Shown: positions 22,286-23,854 of the stretch, one piece after another
Position numbering within the stretch: the first letter of the stretch is position 1
How the letters are laid out: every line of letters begins with the position of its first letter
Source: Octopus sinensis
Taxonomy: Eukaryota
Length of the DNA: 23,854 bases
Reading direction: 5' to 3'
NCBI RefSeq assembly: GCF_006345805.1
Contig: NW_021836694.1
Location: forward strand, 1-23,854
The notes under the pieces: model-generated
Seen by the model: the letters and a program-made list of their open reading frames with translations, nothing else
Told to the model about the DNA's origin: nothing
Database searches by the model: none
Made by a program: the position numbers and the translations under genes

Positions 22286-22300
22286 ATATCATACAAGATA
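22286..22300 (+). other. Candidate 15-nt microexon
   Basis: ttctttattcttcag|ATATCATACAAGATA|gtgagt; frame-preserving; GCATG just downstream; no expression evidence. Confidence 0.25.
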
Positions 22301-23470
22301 GTGAGTTAGCATGTGTTTTACATTCGATTTATTAAATACCATCACCTGTTTTGTCTCTCAGTATATCGGAAATAGTTGTTGGCTTGCTTGCCAAATAGTT
22401 TTTTGTTGCCAGGAATATAGAGTTTTAGCGAGAAAGCTTCAAGCTAGCTAGTTGTTCATTCTTCATGTCATAGCCCTTCTCCTCCCTACTCTTTCACATA
22501 TTGTACCTATTCACTCTCCCTTTCCCTCTCATCGCTTTGCTCTCTCTCTCTCACACACAAACAGGCATTCCTGAAGAATAGAGTCGGAAATTATCTAGTG
22601 TGCACCAAACCGTAATTTCTTTGGCTACTGGTTTTAAAACATAAGAAAGAATGAATCTCAAAGAGGGAGAGAGAAGAAATGAGGAGCAATTGTCTTCATC
22701 CTTTGTGTAATATTTCAGTTTTGACTTACACAAAATATTTTCTGATGTACGTTACTCATATTTTCAAAGAATCATAATATCAGATAAATACAATTTATAT
22801 AAATATCAAAGAGATTTCAAAAGAAAGCCAGAATTGAAAAATTACAGGAAAAGTTGGAAGAGGTAGAAACAAAAATAAAAAATATCTTCTGCACCCCCAC
22901 ATTTCATTTTGTTCTTTCCAGAATCATACTTGATGATGCTTGAATGTGCACAACTGAAGCAATTGGAGAAAATTTCAGCCTCCATTTTCTAAGTACACTA
23001 CACATACACACAGGAAAAGTAGTACTTGAATACCAAAGCTAAAGTTTAAATACTAATATATTAAAGTTGAAAAGATTTCACAAACTATTAGTCAAACTAG
23101 TAATGAAATTTCTTTGTATAAAAAAATTTCTTTACTAGTCTGTATTATCACAACTGATGAATGCTTACATAAGATTGGAAGTTTGTTGAGTGATTTTTGG
23201 CTTCAATAAAATAAGATTTTATATATATGTGTGTGTTTGTGTGTGTGTATATATATATATATATATACACACAGATATAGGGTAAAAAAAATTTTAATTT
23301 AATAAATTAACAAATTGTACCAAGTAGTTTCCGGTATGGAAAAGAACCATATTCGGCAAAAACTTATACAAAAAGTTTTTTTTATATATAATTATAACAA
23401 TAATTAAGGGTTTAGCAACAAGTTGCTTCACCACATACTGAAAATTTTAGAAAAAAGCAACAAGAATGGA

Positions 23471-23545
23471 TCATTATCCTCATAATTTTTTCATATGTTT
23501 TCTATGCTGGCATGGGTTGGAAGATTTGATGGAATCTAGTTAGCT
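23471..23545 (-). mobile_element. Degenerate tail fragment of the 1051-1435 SINE family
   Basis: atgctggcatgggttgga resembles atgctagcatgggttgga at 19530. Confidence 0.4.
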
Positions 23546-23854
23546 ACAGGACTGCATCAGATTTGGATCTTTTCTGTTAGGCTGCCAATTTTCTATCTCT
23601 TCATTTCCTGCGTCAATTGATTTCATATTTGGTGTAATGATATAATCATTGCTTTGAAATTCATTTTCTCAATGAATCAATAAATAAATAGTTAGTAGCT
23701 TTTAAAGTTTGCAAATTTTGGGTAATTTTAGCCTATCATAAGCCACAGATACATTCATGCCTGTTTCCTTAGTAACCAGCCAAGCATGAGAACTTTTTTG
23801 CCAGCAAGAAAGCAGGTATTGACAAATATATTCCACTCAATGAGGTGTGGTGTG

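Noticed and set aside
23320-23365. Minus-strand TATGG/CCATA hairpin followed by GGAAAC as another hammerhead
   Set aside because: The putative core (CCGAATA) has two mismatches, and stems I and III cannot be formed
23780-23854. Possible mariner TIR or exon (GIDKYIPLNEV) at the window end
   Set aside because: Too short and degenerate to support either call

Overview
AT-rich, microsatellite-dense eukaryotic genomic DNA, very likely from an octopus or other cephalopod (inferred from recalled octopus-type SINEs and the TA/TATG repeat load; not database-checked). The only well-supported host coding sequence is one 156-nt internal exon (11985-12140, +) of a MARK/PAR-1 Ser/Thr kinase covering kinase subdomain I. 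No flanking MARK exon was found, so the rest of the window is probably intronic. It holds decayed mariner/Tc1 transposons, CR1/L2-like and RTE-like LINE remnants, SINEs, two ~0.8 kb foldback elements and two tandem duplications that may be assembly artefacts. The most interesting signals are: type I hammerhead-ribozyme-like motifs with palindromic stem III (Penelope-like element style) on the MARK sense strand at 2129-2210, 20720-20752 and 21535-21613; a near-perfect 42-bp intronic hairpin at 12625-12718; a candidate 15-nt microexon; and a sharp CpG-poor to CpG-rich switch downstream of the exon. Nearly all long ORFs in the supplied track are microsatellite artefacts.
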